DNA of 64,000 nt from Azolla caroliniana (Eukaryota; Plantae; Polypodiophyta): NCBI GenBank assembly GCA_043228905.1, contig JBHGNT010000014.1, forward strand, positions 13,454,001 through 13,518,000. Direction: 5' to 3'. Position 1 is the first letter of the stretch. The number at the start of each line of letters is the position of its first letter. This document shows positions 37,606 through 51,000 of this stretch, one piece after another. The position numbers and the translations under genes are program-made. The notes beneath the pieces were generated by a model. That model did not search any database. It was not told the origin of the DNA and saw only the letters and a program-made list of their open reading frames with translations.

Positions 37606-38944
37606 GTGGGAATAAACTGATTGAAAATGGGTTTCTGTACCATTAATTACCTCTCTTGCAAACACAAAGAAGCCACTATCTTATTACAACATCCTTGTTG
37701 CAGTATTAGCTATTTGCAGTCCTTGTAACAAGGTTAGTAATATGTCATGTATTTGTGACATTCAAAACCTCTTATACTTCATATTTCAGAGGCAAGATTT
37801 ATCCTATGCAAACATTACAGGGTAGCTTGATGTCTTCATGTTAATGGTCTTGGTGAATAGCACTGTGATTCTCTATGCAACACTTAAGTGGGATCACTTG
37901 ATTTGATTATGTTAAAATGGGGTTCATACAATTACCACTGTCACAAAATCAAAGAAGCCACTATCTACCTATCTATCATTTTATTACAAATTTTGAATCC
38001 CAGTAACAGGGTATTTGTCATGAAATTGTACTATTTGGTTTAAGCGTCTTTGTCTCTATTGTCACCATTGTGTAGAGCCAATTATTCATTTGTATTGCCA
38101 TTCAAAACAATAAGCATAATGTTAATGAGTTGAGAAGCTCCTCTTTTAACAAAAATAAGGTTTTGGATTAGCTAAATCAAATTGTGTGAGTAATTATGTG
38201 CACATTATCTTATTACTCTAAATCATAGCCCCATGTGTTTGAATTGTCTAAATCTAGAATAAGAAATTATATGGCAATTTCCCATCCGTGAATCAATGAA
38301 TAAGAAGTGATATTTATAGATGAAGCGCAGGAATGTGAGTTTTCTTTAGTAGATCCCCTATTTATAAAATAGGGAGTGATTGATATGTGTGGTTCATGCA
38401 CAAGCCCTTGTTTTCTGGATTTCACCTAAAACAACATATACATGTAAGAAAGAACTAGTGCGATTTACCAATGTACCCTCGAATTTTTGGAAGTACCATC
38501 TACCAAAACATTGTTTGAGATGAACTCTAAAACATAAAAAATTGGCAATTTGACTTAATGCTTGGGATAGGACAAGAACAACATAATGGAATTTAAAATA
38601 ACTTTATGCTTAAATATCCTTAGGGGAATGTAGCAAAGGAAAAACATAGGAGACCATGTACAAAGCTATACAAGGTCAACAATGTGCAGATGGGAAATAG
38701 TGGGAAAGAAATGTGAGAATGGTCCTTGAGAGGCAATGAGGGCCTATATCTCCTTTCTGTGAGAGTGACTTGGTCAAAAGGGATTTTGCGGAAGGAAGCA
38801 TCCTAGTGGCATGTGTCAATGGAGAGCTTTTGTGGAATAACTTGGCTCAGACACAAGAATAAGCAAAAGGAAGCATCTCTCATATGGATGAAGAGATTGC
38901 ATTTCACCTGTGATAGCAATGCTCATGTCTCTCTCTCAAAACAC

Positions 38945-40424
38945 TTTTAAGTAACATGGGGATTAGTCAAGGATGTCGATTATCACCTACACTCTTTGGT
39001 TTATGCATTGATAAACCCTAAACCCTGGTTAATATGGTTGCAAGAGAAGACGGATTAGATGCCCCAAAACTAATGCAACAATTTATCTTATTGCTTTTAT
39101 ATGCAGATGACGTGGTTATATTTTCATATGATGTTGATGGTATGCAACGTTTACTTGGAGCATTAGAAGCATTTTGCCATAGTAGTGGACTAACTGTAAA
39201 TTTGGATAAAACAAAATGGTGGTAGTGTGAACCATCCACCCTCACCAATACCCTATGCTTACATATAAGGGAGAACATGTACAATTTGTACAAAGCTTTA
39301 AGTATCTTGGTATTGATGTACCTGCCATGAATTAAATGGAGTGTATGCTTTGAGTCTAAACTTCAAGTTCGTTGGAAAAGTTATTATACGTTGGAAAATA
39401 AATGTAACCAAAGTGATAGTCATGGATGGGAAGTGAAACTAATGTTATTTAATGCCATGGTAACACAAGTTTTGCTTTATGAAGTAGAAATGTGGGGAGG
39501 CTCTATCTCTCTTAATGCATGGAATGAGGTTGAGAAGATTCAAAAGATGTTTTTAAGGAGACAACTAGGAGTAAAATCCACCTATCAAGTTATCTCTTGG
39601 AAACTGGGAGTTTGCCCAATAGAGATATTGGCACTATAGAGAGGATATTAAAAAAGTCAAGAAAATACAAATCATACATTACCATATCTTGCTGGGAATG
39701 TTGAATGTAGACTACAAAAGAATCACAAGAGCAAAATTCTCTCATCCGGTTGGGTTGTTGACATCAAAAAATGGTTCAAAAGATGGGATGTGTAACATCG
39801 CTTAGAGCTTTCAAGTGATGTTATGAAATATGTAGTTATTGAGGAAAGGTTAATGGACCCACTAAGGAAGAAGTGGAAAGATGTAAAAGGACAAAATTAG
39901 GTTATTATATTGCAAATAATCAATCCCGAATGTTGGGTTCTATATAAGGCAAGAAGGCCTATTGATCGTATTCAACCTTACCTCATTACTAACATGAGTA
40001 TTAACTCTCGTAGAACCCTAACACTCCTTCACACTCGATCACATAACCTAGGTATTGAAGTTGCATTATGGAATCAAAATCAGCCAAATATAAAGACATG
40101 TAAGGTATGCAAGGAAGGGCTAGTAGAGGATGATTATCACTTGCTTTTTACATGCTCTGCATATAGTGCAATTTGTGAAAGCTATGATGATATATTGAGA
40201 GGGGGCGATGACTTAAGTATCATGTACTAAAGAGAACATCTAGAAGGTTGAGCTCATATGTGTATGCCTTATTTGCTCATCGAGACTTGGTGCTTCAAAG
40301 TATGAATATCTCTTCTTAGGAAGAAGACACACATCAAGATAACTTTTGTACTTACGTCCTATGGGTCAATATTGGCTTCTCTATGGATGCTGAAAATAAA
40401 CAAATAAACAAATATCAATCAATC
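38945..40424 (+). mobile_element. 5'-truncated RTE LINE (3' half of RT to the tail)
   Basis: LLYADD, VNLDKTK, FKYLG, RSHNLGIE, CKVC...EDDYHLLFTC; tail of AATAAAC/CAAT repeats. Confidence 0.85.
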
Positions 40425-40592
40425 GTAATTAGCTTACATGTTACACTACTAGAACTACATCTTGGGTTCAAAACCCAATTTTCTCACCTCTCTATTACTC
40501 CATAGATGTCTCTTATTTCATTAGATGCTATCGTGGAATTGTAGGGGTTGAACCCATGACCATCTAGTCTCCATTGGGCAACTTTACCATCG
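40425..40592. repeat. Single degenerate copy of the convergent tRNA-like unit
   Basis: Matches the units at 29158-29745. Confidence 0.75.
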
Positions 40593-40629
40593 GCCCAATG
40601 AAGCTAAGTGTCACCTAACTATCTCCCAT

Positions 40630-41358
40630 AGCCCAGTTGAGGTGGTTGGATTATATGTCTATCTCGGAGTCACTTTCAGTGCCTGCTTAGGTAGATTTTC
40701 GATGACACAAGTAGCGAAGGATAGACTTAAAAGAGGACATGCATCCCTCTCACTCCTCAAGAGACAATGCCATCAAGCATACTTTCAAGAGCCACGGACT
40801 AAAGGGTGGCCCTTTGACTCATTAGTGACTCCCTCCCTCATGTGTGCATCAATGGTTTGGGCTCTAGGACTACCATCTTTCATGTGGACGCAATTAGAGA
40901 GACCATTGGTGATAATGTTATCACGCCAACTCCGAAGCAAATCGACAGTACCACATGACATTATTAGGGCTGAATTCACTTTACCCCTGATGTTAGTAGA
41001 GACACTTTTTCCACTTGTAGTCTTTATCCACAGGATACATAGCCAACCACATGATACAATATCCCATCAAGCCTTTATGGCCTCTCGATCACTGTAAGAG
41101 TCCGGCTATACTAGCTCATGGTATGACATGATGGTGAGTTGGCTTCTTGTGAACGGTCTAGAAATTAATAACCTCCCTCCCTTAGGTACAACCATGCGAT
41201 TGATAACACTTTAATATCTCATGAGGGCCGCAATAAAGTAATACGCCAAGAAATATGGCAAATTTACACTCGGTATAAATGGATCACCCCTCTAGAGCCA
41301 CTCCCATCTAAAATGTTGTAATATAAGGAACACTTCATGCACTTTTCTAAGTTAGGTT
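40630..41358 (+). mobile_element. Second RTE-like LINE fragment, continued at 58581-58758
   Basis: YVYLGV.F and FQEPRTK motifs; resumes after the Copia TSD with SHQL.MRMV...ERVCRLC. Confidence 0.7.
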
Positions 41359-41908
41359 TGTTGAGAATCAAGCTCAACTTGGTCTAGTGTGTGAACTCAC
41401 CTTGAGAGTGAATAGACACTCCAACGGTCAAGAGTCACCATTATGTCACCACTTTGTATTCTAGCATTTAGTGTGAGTCATAGAATCATATTCTATGACA
41501 CATAACTTATGAGCTTTCACATTCCCCATGCTCCATGAGTCTTGTAGTTAATGAAGAGAGAGGGTGACTACATAAAGCACCCTCCTCCCACCTTGTATAA
41601 TGTTGAGTCTTTCTCCTTTGTCAATATACTTTTACCTTGCGTATTCTCTGTATTTCACTCTCTCTCTCTCTCACTCACACTCTCTCTCTCTCTCTTACAC
41701 ACACACACATAACTCACATCTCTTCTGCGTCACAAGAATCTATCTCTTGATTCTTTACATGGTATCAGAGCGATTTGGTAGCTCAATCTAGCCCATTCGC
41801 CTCATTGTGATCGTGTGTTGTGCTCTACGCCGACGCCCAAGAATCGGCTCATAGCTCGCTACATAGCTCGCATTCGAAGAGAGAAGAAGAAGAAGAAGAA
41901 TCGACATA

Positions 41909-44900
41909 ATGAATACTCAAATGGGGAGCGCTCTCCCTACCGAGAAGTTGGATCGAAACAACTTCGCATCTTGGGAGTACAAGATGCACCAATACCTTGT
42001 TGGACAAGGCTATTGGAGCTACATCAAAGGAGCGCATGAAGACCGACCCGCCGAAGCGGCTCCCGGATACGCGACATGGGAGCAAGCCGCAAGCCGCAAG
42101 CCGCGTGATGTATTGTTTGGCGACATGTGTTCATGACCACATGCTCGGTTACATTCGAGAAGCCAAGATGCTGAAGGAAGTGTGGGAAAATCTACGAAAG
42201 ATTTTCGCCGCCAACACGGCCGCGAGGAAGCTTCAACTCCGCCAAGAGTTGAACAACATTCAACAAAAGGACATGTCCATCACGACATACACCTTGAAGA
42301 TCAAGGAGCTTTGCGACTCGCTCGGCTTAATAAGTATAAGTATAGATGATGATGAGATGGTGCAAATAGGCCTCGGTGGTCTCGCACCACGGTTCGGCGC
42401 GATGCGAACCGCCGTTCTAGCACGGGAGAAATCTCCCTCCTTCTTCGAGCTCCAATCAATGCTATTGGTCGAAGAAAACCACGTGCGTACAAGGAGCAAT
42501 GAGTCGGAAGGCCACATGCTCTACACGCACTCTAATGGAGGAAGAGGATGCGAACGAGCGAGAGGCCGATTCGGCCAAGGACAAGGCGGACGAGGTCCGA
42601 CCTACGACAACAACTCCCAATTTCGGCCGCAAAACGGAGACCAACGAGGAACCTTCGCAAGAAGGGGGAGCTTCCACTCCGGCCCGAGCCGTCAAAACGC
42701 AACCGAATGCGGATATTGCGGAAAGCTCGACCACCACGAAGAAGAGTGCTGAAAGAAGATGCGTGAATCGACTTCCACAAGCCAACAACTCACGAATTAC
42801 GCGCACAATTCCGACTACGAAGAGTATAGCGGAATGTACAAGCACAACTCCGACTACAAAGATCGTGGCGGAATGTACGGGCACAACTCCGACTACGAAG
42901 ATCGTGGCGGAATGTATGTGCACAACTCCTACCGTGGCGGAATGTTCATGATGAAACATAGAGCAAACTCTATGTCGGCCGCTACCTCAACTAGTGCCTC
43001 CGGTCCGGAAGACGTATGGTTCGTCGATTCCGGTGCCTCGAACCATATGACATCGCATCAAGAATGGTTCCGAGAACTTCGAGAGCCGGACTGACCCGAC
43101 TATGTTGAAACTGGAGACGACACTACGCACCCGATTCGGCACATTGGCAATGTTCCGTTCGGAAAAGAAGGTAAGCAAAATTACATTAAAAATGTCTTAC
43201 ATGTACCGACCATTACGAAGAATTTGGTCTCCGTCGGCCAAATTGTAGAGCAAGGGATGCAAGTTCGATTTAATCAAGGTGGTTGCTTCATCGAAAAAGA
43301 GGACCGACTCATCGCACGCGGACGAAGAGAGGGACGGATGTTCATTCTCGATTCATGCGAGATGAAATCCGCCATGTTCGCGAATAACACGAAAGCCAAC
43401 TCCGACATAGAGCTATGGCACAAGAGAATGAGCCACATCAATCTCAACAAACTCAAAGCAATGAAATTGAAAGGAGTCGTCATCGGACTCCCGACATTCA
43501 AAGAGAAGGAGATTGAAGGTGTATGCGAAGCGTGCCAATTCGGCAAGCAACACCGACACTCATTCCCGAAAGAGCGGAACGTGAGCAAAGGTCTGCTCGA
43601 CGTAGTCCATTCCGACGTATGGGGACCAGCGCAGACGGCTACATTCGGCGGATGCCGATATTACGTGCTCTTCATCGATGACTTCTCTAGGCACACTTGG
43701 ATCTACCCAATGCGGCAAAAGAGCGAAGTGTTCAGACACTTCCAAAACTTCAAGAATGAAGTCAAGAAAGCCATGGGCCGACATGTACAATTCCTTCGAT
43801 CGGATGGCGGCAAGGAATACTTCTCGGACGATTTCACGGCGTATCTCCGAAAGGAAGGAATTCGACGAGAATTCACTTGCTGACACACTCCGCAACAAAA
43901 CGGAGTAGCCGAGCGCAAAAATCGGCACATCCTCGAAGTAGCGGGGGCCATGATGAACGAGAAGCATATGCCCAAGTGATATTGGGCCGAAGCTGCAAAT
44001 ACGGCCATCTACCTAATTAACCGGTGCACAACATCCAGCGTGCACGAGGTCACTCCGCACGAAAAATACTTCGGAAAGAAGCCGGACTTATCGCATATCC
44101 GGATATTTGGCGCGATAGCGTACGTGCACATCCCCGACGAGAAGCGCCAAAAGCTTGACCCGAAGTCGGAGAAATGTATCCTCGTAGGATACTCACTGGA
44201 GCAAAAGGGGTACAAGTGCTACAACCCCTCAACTCGAAAATCTCGAGTAAGTCGAGATGTCATTTTTGACGAATCAGTATCCTGGTACGCACCAGAGACA
44301 ACTTCAACTCCGACTCCGCTCGACCTGGAATCCGCCGAACAAGAGATAGAGGATGAAGATCGCCTTACGCGCATGATAGAAGAAAGTCTGATCATGAACC
44401 GACTGAGCGAACCACAAGAGCCTTTGAGCGATCAAAGCACATCACGGCCTAGCTTGAAGATGGACAAAGGCAAGGCGAAAATGGCGGAATACGCAGATGA
44501 TTGCATCGACGACGATGAGTCAACTCACTCACTCGATAGTGAGTTCGGCGGCTTCGATGTCCCAATCGGAGCTAAGAAAGCCCTCATCTCTGCAAATGAA
44601 AAGCTCTATCGATCCACCCGTGAAAAGAACCCCGTAAGCCGATTCGGCTACAACGATTATATGGCGTACCATTACGCCTTTATGATGAAGGTAGCGACAA
44701 TACGGGAGCCAGAAACCTTTTCCAAAGCCGCGAAGGACTCGTGATGGATCGAAGCAATGAACGAGGAGATGCAGGCACTAAGGAAGAATGAGACGTGGGA
44801 TCTCGTTCCCACCTCACCACACAAAAAGGCAATCGGATGCAGATGGATCTACAAGGTGAAGTATAACGCCGATGGCTCCGTAAACTGCTACAAAGCTCGA

Positions 44901-46271
44901 CTCGTAGCGAAAGGATACACTCAGACGCATGGCGTCGACTACGAAGAGACCTTTGCCCTGGTGGCAAAGATGACGACGGTATGGACCGTAATTGCGATTG
45001 CCGCGGCGAAAGGGTGGCATCTCCATCAAATGGACGTCAAGAATGCCTTTCTACAAGGCAAATTAGAAGAGGAGGTGTACATGATCCAACCACCCGGCTT
45101 CAACTCGAGTAACCATCTGAAAGCCGTTTGCCGACTCAAGAAGCCACTCTACGGCCTCAAGCAAGCACCGCGTGCTTGGCATTCGAAGATAACGCAATAT
45201 CTTCATCAAATCGGCTTCTATATGTCAAAATCGGACAACTCTCTCTACATACGAAGCGATTCCGCAAGTCCGATCGTCATCATTTTATATGTGGATGACC
45301 TAGTCATTGGAGGTGAGCATCTCGTCGAAATCAATAAAGTCAAATCCCTCCTTTCCAACAAGTTCGAGATGACGGACATGAAGGAGCTCCACTACTTCCT
45401 CGGCATCGAGGTAATTCAGACTCCGGCCGGAATCATGATCTCTCAATGGCACTACATGCTCAACTTGTTATACAAGTTCGGGATGGTTGAGTGCAAATCC
45501 GCGGCAACCCCGTTCGATCGCAATCTCAAACTCAATGCGAACTCCGACACCAAAGCGTGTGAGCCGACTCAATATCGGCAACTCATCGGGAGTCTCATCT
45601 ACCTCACGATCACATGACCCGATCTTAGTTATCCAGTCGGTCTCCTTAGCCAATTCATGCAAACACTGCGTGATAATCACTTGGATTGCGGTAAGCGAGT
45701 TCTACGATATGTGAGCAACACAATGGATTGTGGCATCCTCTACAAGACCGTGATGCCAATACGACTCGAGGGTTACACAGACGCCGATTGGGCCGGCTAC
45801 AAAGCCGATAGAAGATCAACCTTTGGATTTGTTTTCTCCCTCTGCAGCGGAGCAATATCCTGGAGTAGCAAGAAGCAGCCTACTGTTGCTCTTTCGAGTA
45901 CGGAGGCGGAATACAGGGGTGCAGTCGTAGCTGCATGTGAAGCCGTATGGCTCAAAAGGATACTCAAGAATCTGGGCGTACCCATCAACGATCCGACTTC
46001 CCTTTACTGTGACAACATTAGCAGTATCTATCTAGCTCGGAACCCGGTGTTCCATGCGCGGACAAAGCACATCGAAGTGTACTATCACTTCATCCGAGAG
46101 CGTGTTCTAGCTGGAGATGTTGACCTACAACACATTAGCACCAATCTTCAAACGACCGACATCTTCACTAAAGCCTTAGGAGCCGACAAGCTATGGCAAA
46201 TCATGACTGATCTCGTATTGACGATTCGTGACCTGCCAAGCTTGAGGGGGAGTACTGAAGACATTACGTAG
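41909..46271 (+). pseudogene. Copia gag-PR-INT-RT-RH polyprotein with one small duplication frameshift and several TGA stops
   Basis: CGYCGKLDHHEEEC, WFVDSGAS, VHSDVWGP, QMDVKNAFL, LYVDDL and TDIFTKAL motifs. Confidence 0.93.
42801..42945 (+). repeat. In-frame 39-nt tandem repeat (~3.7 units, HNSDYEDRGGMYx) between the gag zinc knuckle and the protease
   Basis: Visible in the DNA and in ORF 42759-43094. Confidence 0.85.
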
Positions 46272-46673
46272 TGGATTCCGCAAACCACGCACACTACGCA
46301 ATAATGCGTGGATTTCGCAACCACGCAACGAAGCCGCGAAGAGCCGATCCACCGCGCAAAGCCGCGAAGAAAGACGCAAGCCGTGTCGTGATATGGCAAG
46401 ACTCGAACCCATGACCTTAGGTTATATGGATCGAGCTCTTGACCATTAGATCATCTATTGTAATACGTAAGATATTATTTTCATTTACATTTTATTATAG
46501 GAAATTAGTGTATATTCCAGATTTCTCTGGAACATTCTAGAAGCTTCAGGATTACTCCTGAAAACACTATAAAAGAGGGCACTAGGCATTATATTGAACC
46601 AAATTGGTTCAACGCCAGTCTTAAGCCTTTTAGCCACCATTGTATATTCTCTTCATATAATACATATCTTTCT

Positions 46674-46723
<50 letters not shown>

Positions 46724-48027
46724 CTCGCTCACTTCTTTCTTCTCTCGAAGAAGTTCCACACCTCTCATAGTACTAATCCTTCGTTTAGTACTAATTCCTT
46801 CTCTGTCTCAGTACTGTTCCTGATAGTTTGAACCAATTTTTCCTACCTTCTGTCTCTCTCATTTCCTACTAATCTTTTATTCCTCTTTTCTTTCATCCCA
46901 TGGTCACTGTTAGTGCTGAAGAATATCAATCTGTTTTCTCGGAATTTCAATGCTTGAAGGAGAAGTTCCATGCTTTGGAACAAGAAAACCAACGGTTGCT
47001 GGGGGATCTTCAACAAATCTCCTTAGAAAAGCAGCAAACGCAACAACAACATGGGGAACTTGCGTTACGCGTGCAACAACTCGAAGCAACCATCGTAGTG
47101 ATGCAACAACAAGGGCCCGGAACACAAGGGATTCATAAAGAACCCAAGATTGGCCTTCCCATGAAGTTCAATGGAACGCGATCGCAGTTTAGAGGGTTCC
47201 TTAACCAGGTACGATTAGTTATTCAAATGCATCCTTCCCGATATCCCACCGATGCATCACGAGTGGGTTTAGTAGGCACTTTGTTAAGTGGCTCAACGTT
47301 GTCATGGTTCGCTCCACTATTAGAAAAGGAATCTCCGTTACTCAACAATTTTGAAGAGTTTCTAGGTGAGTTTAAAGCATGTTTCGGAGATACTGATAGC
47401 ATCAGGACCGCAATCAACAAAATCCGGCGATTACGCCAAGGTGACCGTCCAGCCTCCGCATACGCTGCAGATTTTCGCCTACTCGCTGTCGTGACTCTTG
47501 AGTAGGAAGCAGAGAGAGAGCGATGGCGATAGAGATAACGATAACGATAGAGATGGCGAGAGCGGTAGAGATAGCGATAGTGATAGCAAAAGAGAGTGAA
47601 AAAGGGAGAGAGTGCGAGAGAGAGAAAAGTATAAGTGAGAGATAAGAAATGGGAATGAGATTATATTATGAGAAAGAAGATTACAAGGAGTAGGCTAAGG
47701 GCTAAAGACTGGTGTTGAACCGAATGAGTTGTGATGAGTGTATGGACTCTTATTTATAGGCCCTTATGGAGTATTCTAGAATGTTCTAGAATATTTTAGA
47801 TATTTATGAATAATAATAATAATAAATATAATCATGAAATATTCAAGAACATTCTAGAATAATCTAGAATGTTCTAAATATCTCGTAATAACTAAACATA
47901 TAATTATTATGATTACATCTCACATATGTTATTACAATGGTTAAAGTACAATATGTAAACCAAGAGGTTATGGGTTCGATTCCTGGTTCGCCAAGATGAA
48001 TGTCATGATAAGCCAAGATGTATGTCT

Positions 48028-51000
48028 TCATGACATTATCCCCCCTTTTCGATGACGAGTTGCACGAGTCGGAAGAAAAGAGTTCAGACTTGGTTTATGA
48101 GGATATTGGTTGTGAAATGCAACAACCATGTCGGAGGCATTGGCAAGATGTTCGGCAGGCTCCCATGTTCGATCATTAGGTGTATAGCCTAACCAATCAA
48201 CCAAGTAGTATAGTTTGTTGCGAATGATCTTGGAGTCGAGGATAGCGGCAACCTCATATTCAGAGCCATTGGAAACGTCAATTGGAGGTGGGGGAGGTGT
48301 AACACGACCCGGAATAGAGCTCGTTGTGTAGGGCTCCAAAAGTGAAACATGGAAGACCGGGTGAAGACGCATATGAGGAGGAAGATCAAGACGAAATGTC
48401 ACATCATTGATCTTACCACTTATGACATATGGGCCAAAACGTTGATAATCCAATTTGTAGCAAGGTCGGGTCGTTTTAATGCTACCTTGTAAGAGCCATA
48501 CACGATCGCCTACTTGAAATGTAGTCGATGAATCACGCCGATGACGGTCAGCAATCTTCTTTTGAGTGTTTTGGGCTTCACATAAATGATGCAAAAGCAT
48601 ATCCTGAACTTCTTGGAGTCGAGTGAGCCGATCTTCAGCAGCTGGGTTTTTTGGGAGTTCAGGATGTTCAAGCATCGTCCAACGAGGATGGTACCCAATG
48701 TTTGCAAAAAATGGGGAATATCCAGTAGAAGAATGCTCGGAGTTGTTATAAGCAAATTCTGCCAAAGGTAGTAAATCCACCCAATCATCTTGTTGATAAT
48801 TGACAAAACAACGTAGATATTGCTCGACTGTTTGGTTGGTGCGCTCACTCTGCCCATTAGTCTCTGGATGGTAGCCGGAAGAGAGTTTACAAGAAGTATG
48901 TAAGAGTTTGAACATGTGCCGCCAAAATTTCGAGATGAATTGGGGACCCCGATCACTGATAATATCATCCGGAAGACCATGATGGCGAAACACCTCCCGC
49001 ATGAGTAAATCAGTTGTCTCTTGACTAGTAATGGTCTTTGTGCATGGAAGGAAATGTGCCATCTTCGTAAAACGATCGACAACCGTGAGAATCGAATCAA
49101 ATCCCTTGGAAGGTGGAAGATCCGTAATAAAGTCCAAGGAAATAGATTTCCATGGGCTCTCCGGAATAGGCATTGGCTGTAATAAGCCATATGGATGATG
49201 TCGAGGCTTTTTTGATCGGCAACATGTATCACAGCTACGAACATAATCCGTAACAAAATGGCGAAGCCGTGGCCACCAATATCGGCGAGAAATCAACTCA
49301 AAAGTCTTGTGGATGCCGAAGTGTCCCGCCATTGGTGTGTCATGACATTGTTGCATGACTTTGAGTCGAGAAGGACCGTCAGGCACATACAAGAGAGTTT
49401 GTCGAAAAAGTAACCCATCATGCCAACTAAACTGGGTGTAGTCTAGACGAGGATTTTGAGTTTGGGAGCTAGATGCACGATTTGGGATAATATGGCTCAA
49501 AACCTCTTGGGCGAACGCATCAGTCGCAATCTGCTCACGAATGGAATCAAGAAGCCTTGAATCTCCCGGTGTGTTGATGGTATGCATTGCCATTATTCGT
49601 AGACGATCAGGACCTAAGAGGATTTGCTTTTGGCTTTCAAATGCGGCCTCTCCAGGTTGAAGTTCCATATACGAACGTCTAGATAAAGCATCTGCTTTTC
49701 CTTGTTGCATCCCAGGGCGATATAGAATTACAAAATCGAAACGAGTTAAGAACTGCGCCCAACGAGCTTGTCGTCGATTCAAGACTCGAGCACTTTGAAA
49801 GTATGTTAGATTTTTATGATCATTGTAGACAATAATCTGTTGAGAAGAACCCTCCAGAAAATGACGCCATTGTTGAAAAGAATCCACAATGGCAAGAAGC
49901 TCTTTGTCGTGAATCTCATAGTTGATTTCTGCGGCTTCAAATTTTCGTGAGTGAAAAGCCACCGGGTGCAGTTCACCATCATCACCAATTTGGGATAGTA
50001 CACTTCCGAGTGCGAAATCCGATGCATCAGCTTCAAGTATAAAGCGCCTCATTGGATCGACATGGATTAAGATTGGTGCGGATGTAAATGCTTGCTTTAA
50101 ACCCTCAAATGCAGAGTTCACATCTATACTCCATACAAATGGTCGATTCTTGTGCGTCAGTTGAGTGAGGGGCAACACAATTTTTGAATAATCTTTGATG
50201 AACTTGCGATAAAAGTTTGCGAACCCCAAAAAACATTGCACATCTCGCACGGACTGTGGTGTTTGCCAATCCAAAATTGTTCGAACCTTTGATGGATCCA
50301 TAGAGATGCCATTTGAAGAGACTATGTACCCCAAAAACTCCACTTGACATTGGTCGAAACTACACTTCTCCAATTTTGCATAGAGACCATACTCTCGTAG
50401 CCGTTGCAAAACTTGGCGAACATGTATATCATGTTCTTCTTGAGTTTTTGAGTAGATCAAGATATCATCCAGGTAAACAATGATGAAGATATCGAGGAAG
50501 TCTCGAAAAATATCATTCGCCATATGTTGGAAGACTGCTGGTGCATTCGTGAGGCCAAAAGGCATCACTGTGTACTCAAAATGACCATAGCGAGTGCGGA
50601 ACGCCGTCTTCCATTCATCCCCAGGACGAATTCGAACAAGGTTGTAGGCACCTCGAAGATCTAACTTCGTGAAATACTTTGCTTCACTGAGGCGTTCTAG
50701 AAGGCTTGAGATCAATGGGAGAGCATATCGGTTTCTAACGGTCACTTTATTCAAGCCTCGATAATCCACGACCATACGAAGCGTACCATCTTTCTTCTTA
50801 ACGAAAAAGATGGGTGCACCAGCAGGAGATTTTGAATGTTGGATAAAACCATTTGCCAAGTTCTCATTGATATATTCTCGAAGAACCTCTAACTCCGTGG
50901 GCGAAAGATTATAAATTGGTCCCCATGGAGGCTCTTTTCCTGGCTGCAAATCAATTGGGCAATCATATGGTCGATGCTCTGGTAGTCTATTAGCCTTCAC

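Noticed and set aside
47934-47993. Functional tRNA gene ending in CCA
   Set aside because: No convincing acceptor or anticodon stem and it lies inside an LTR; treated as a tRNA-like cassette, as are the other copies
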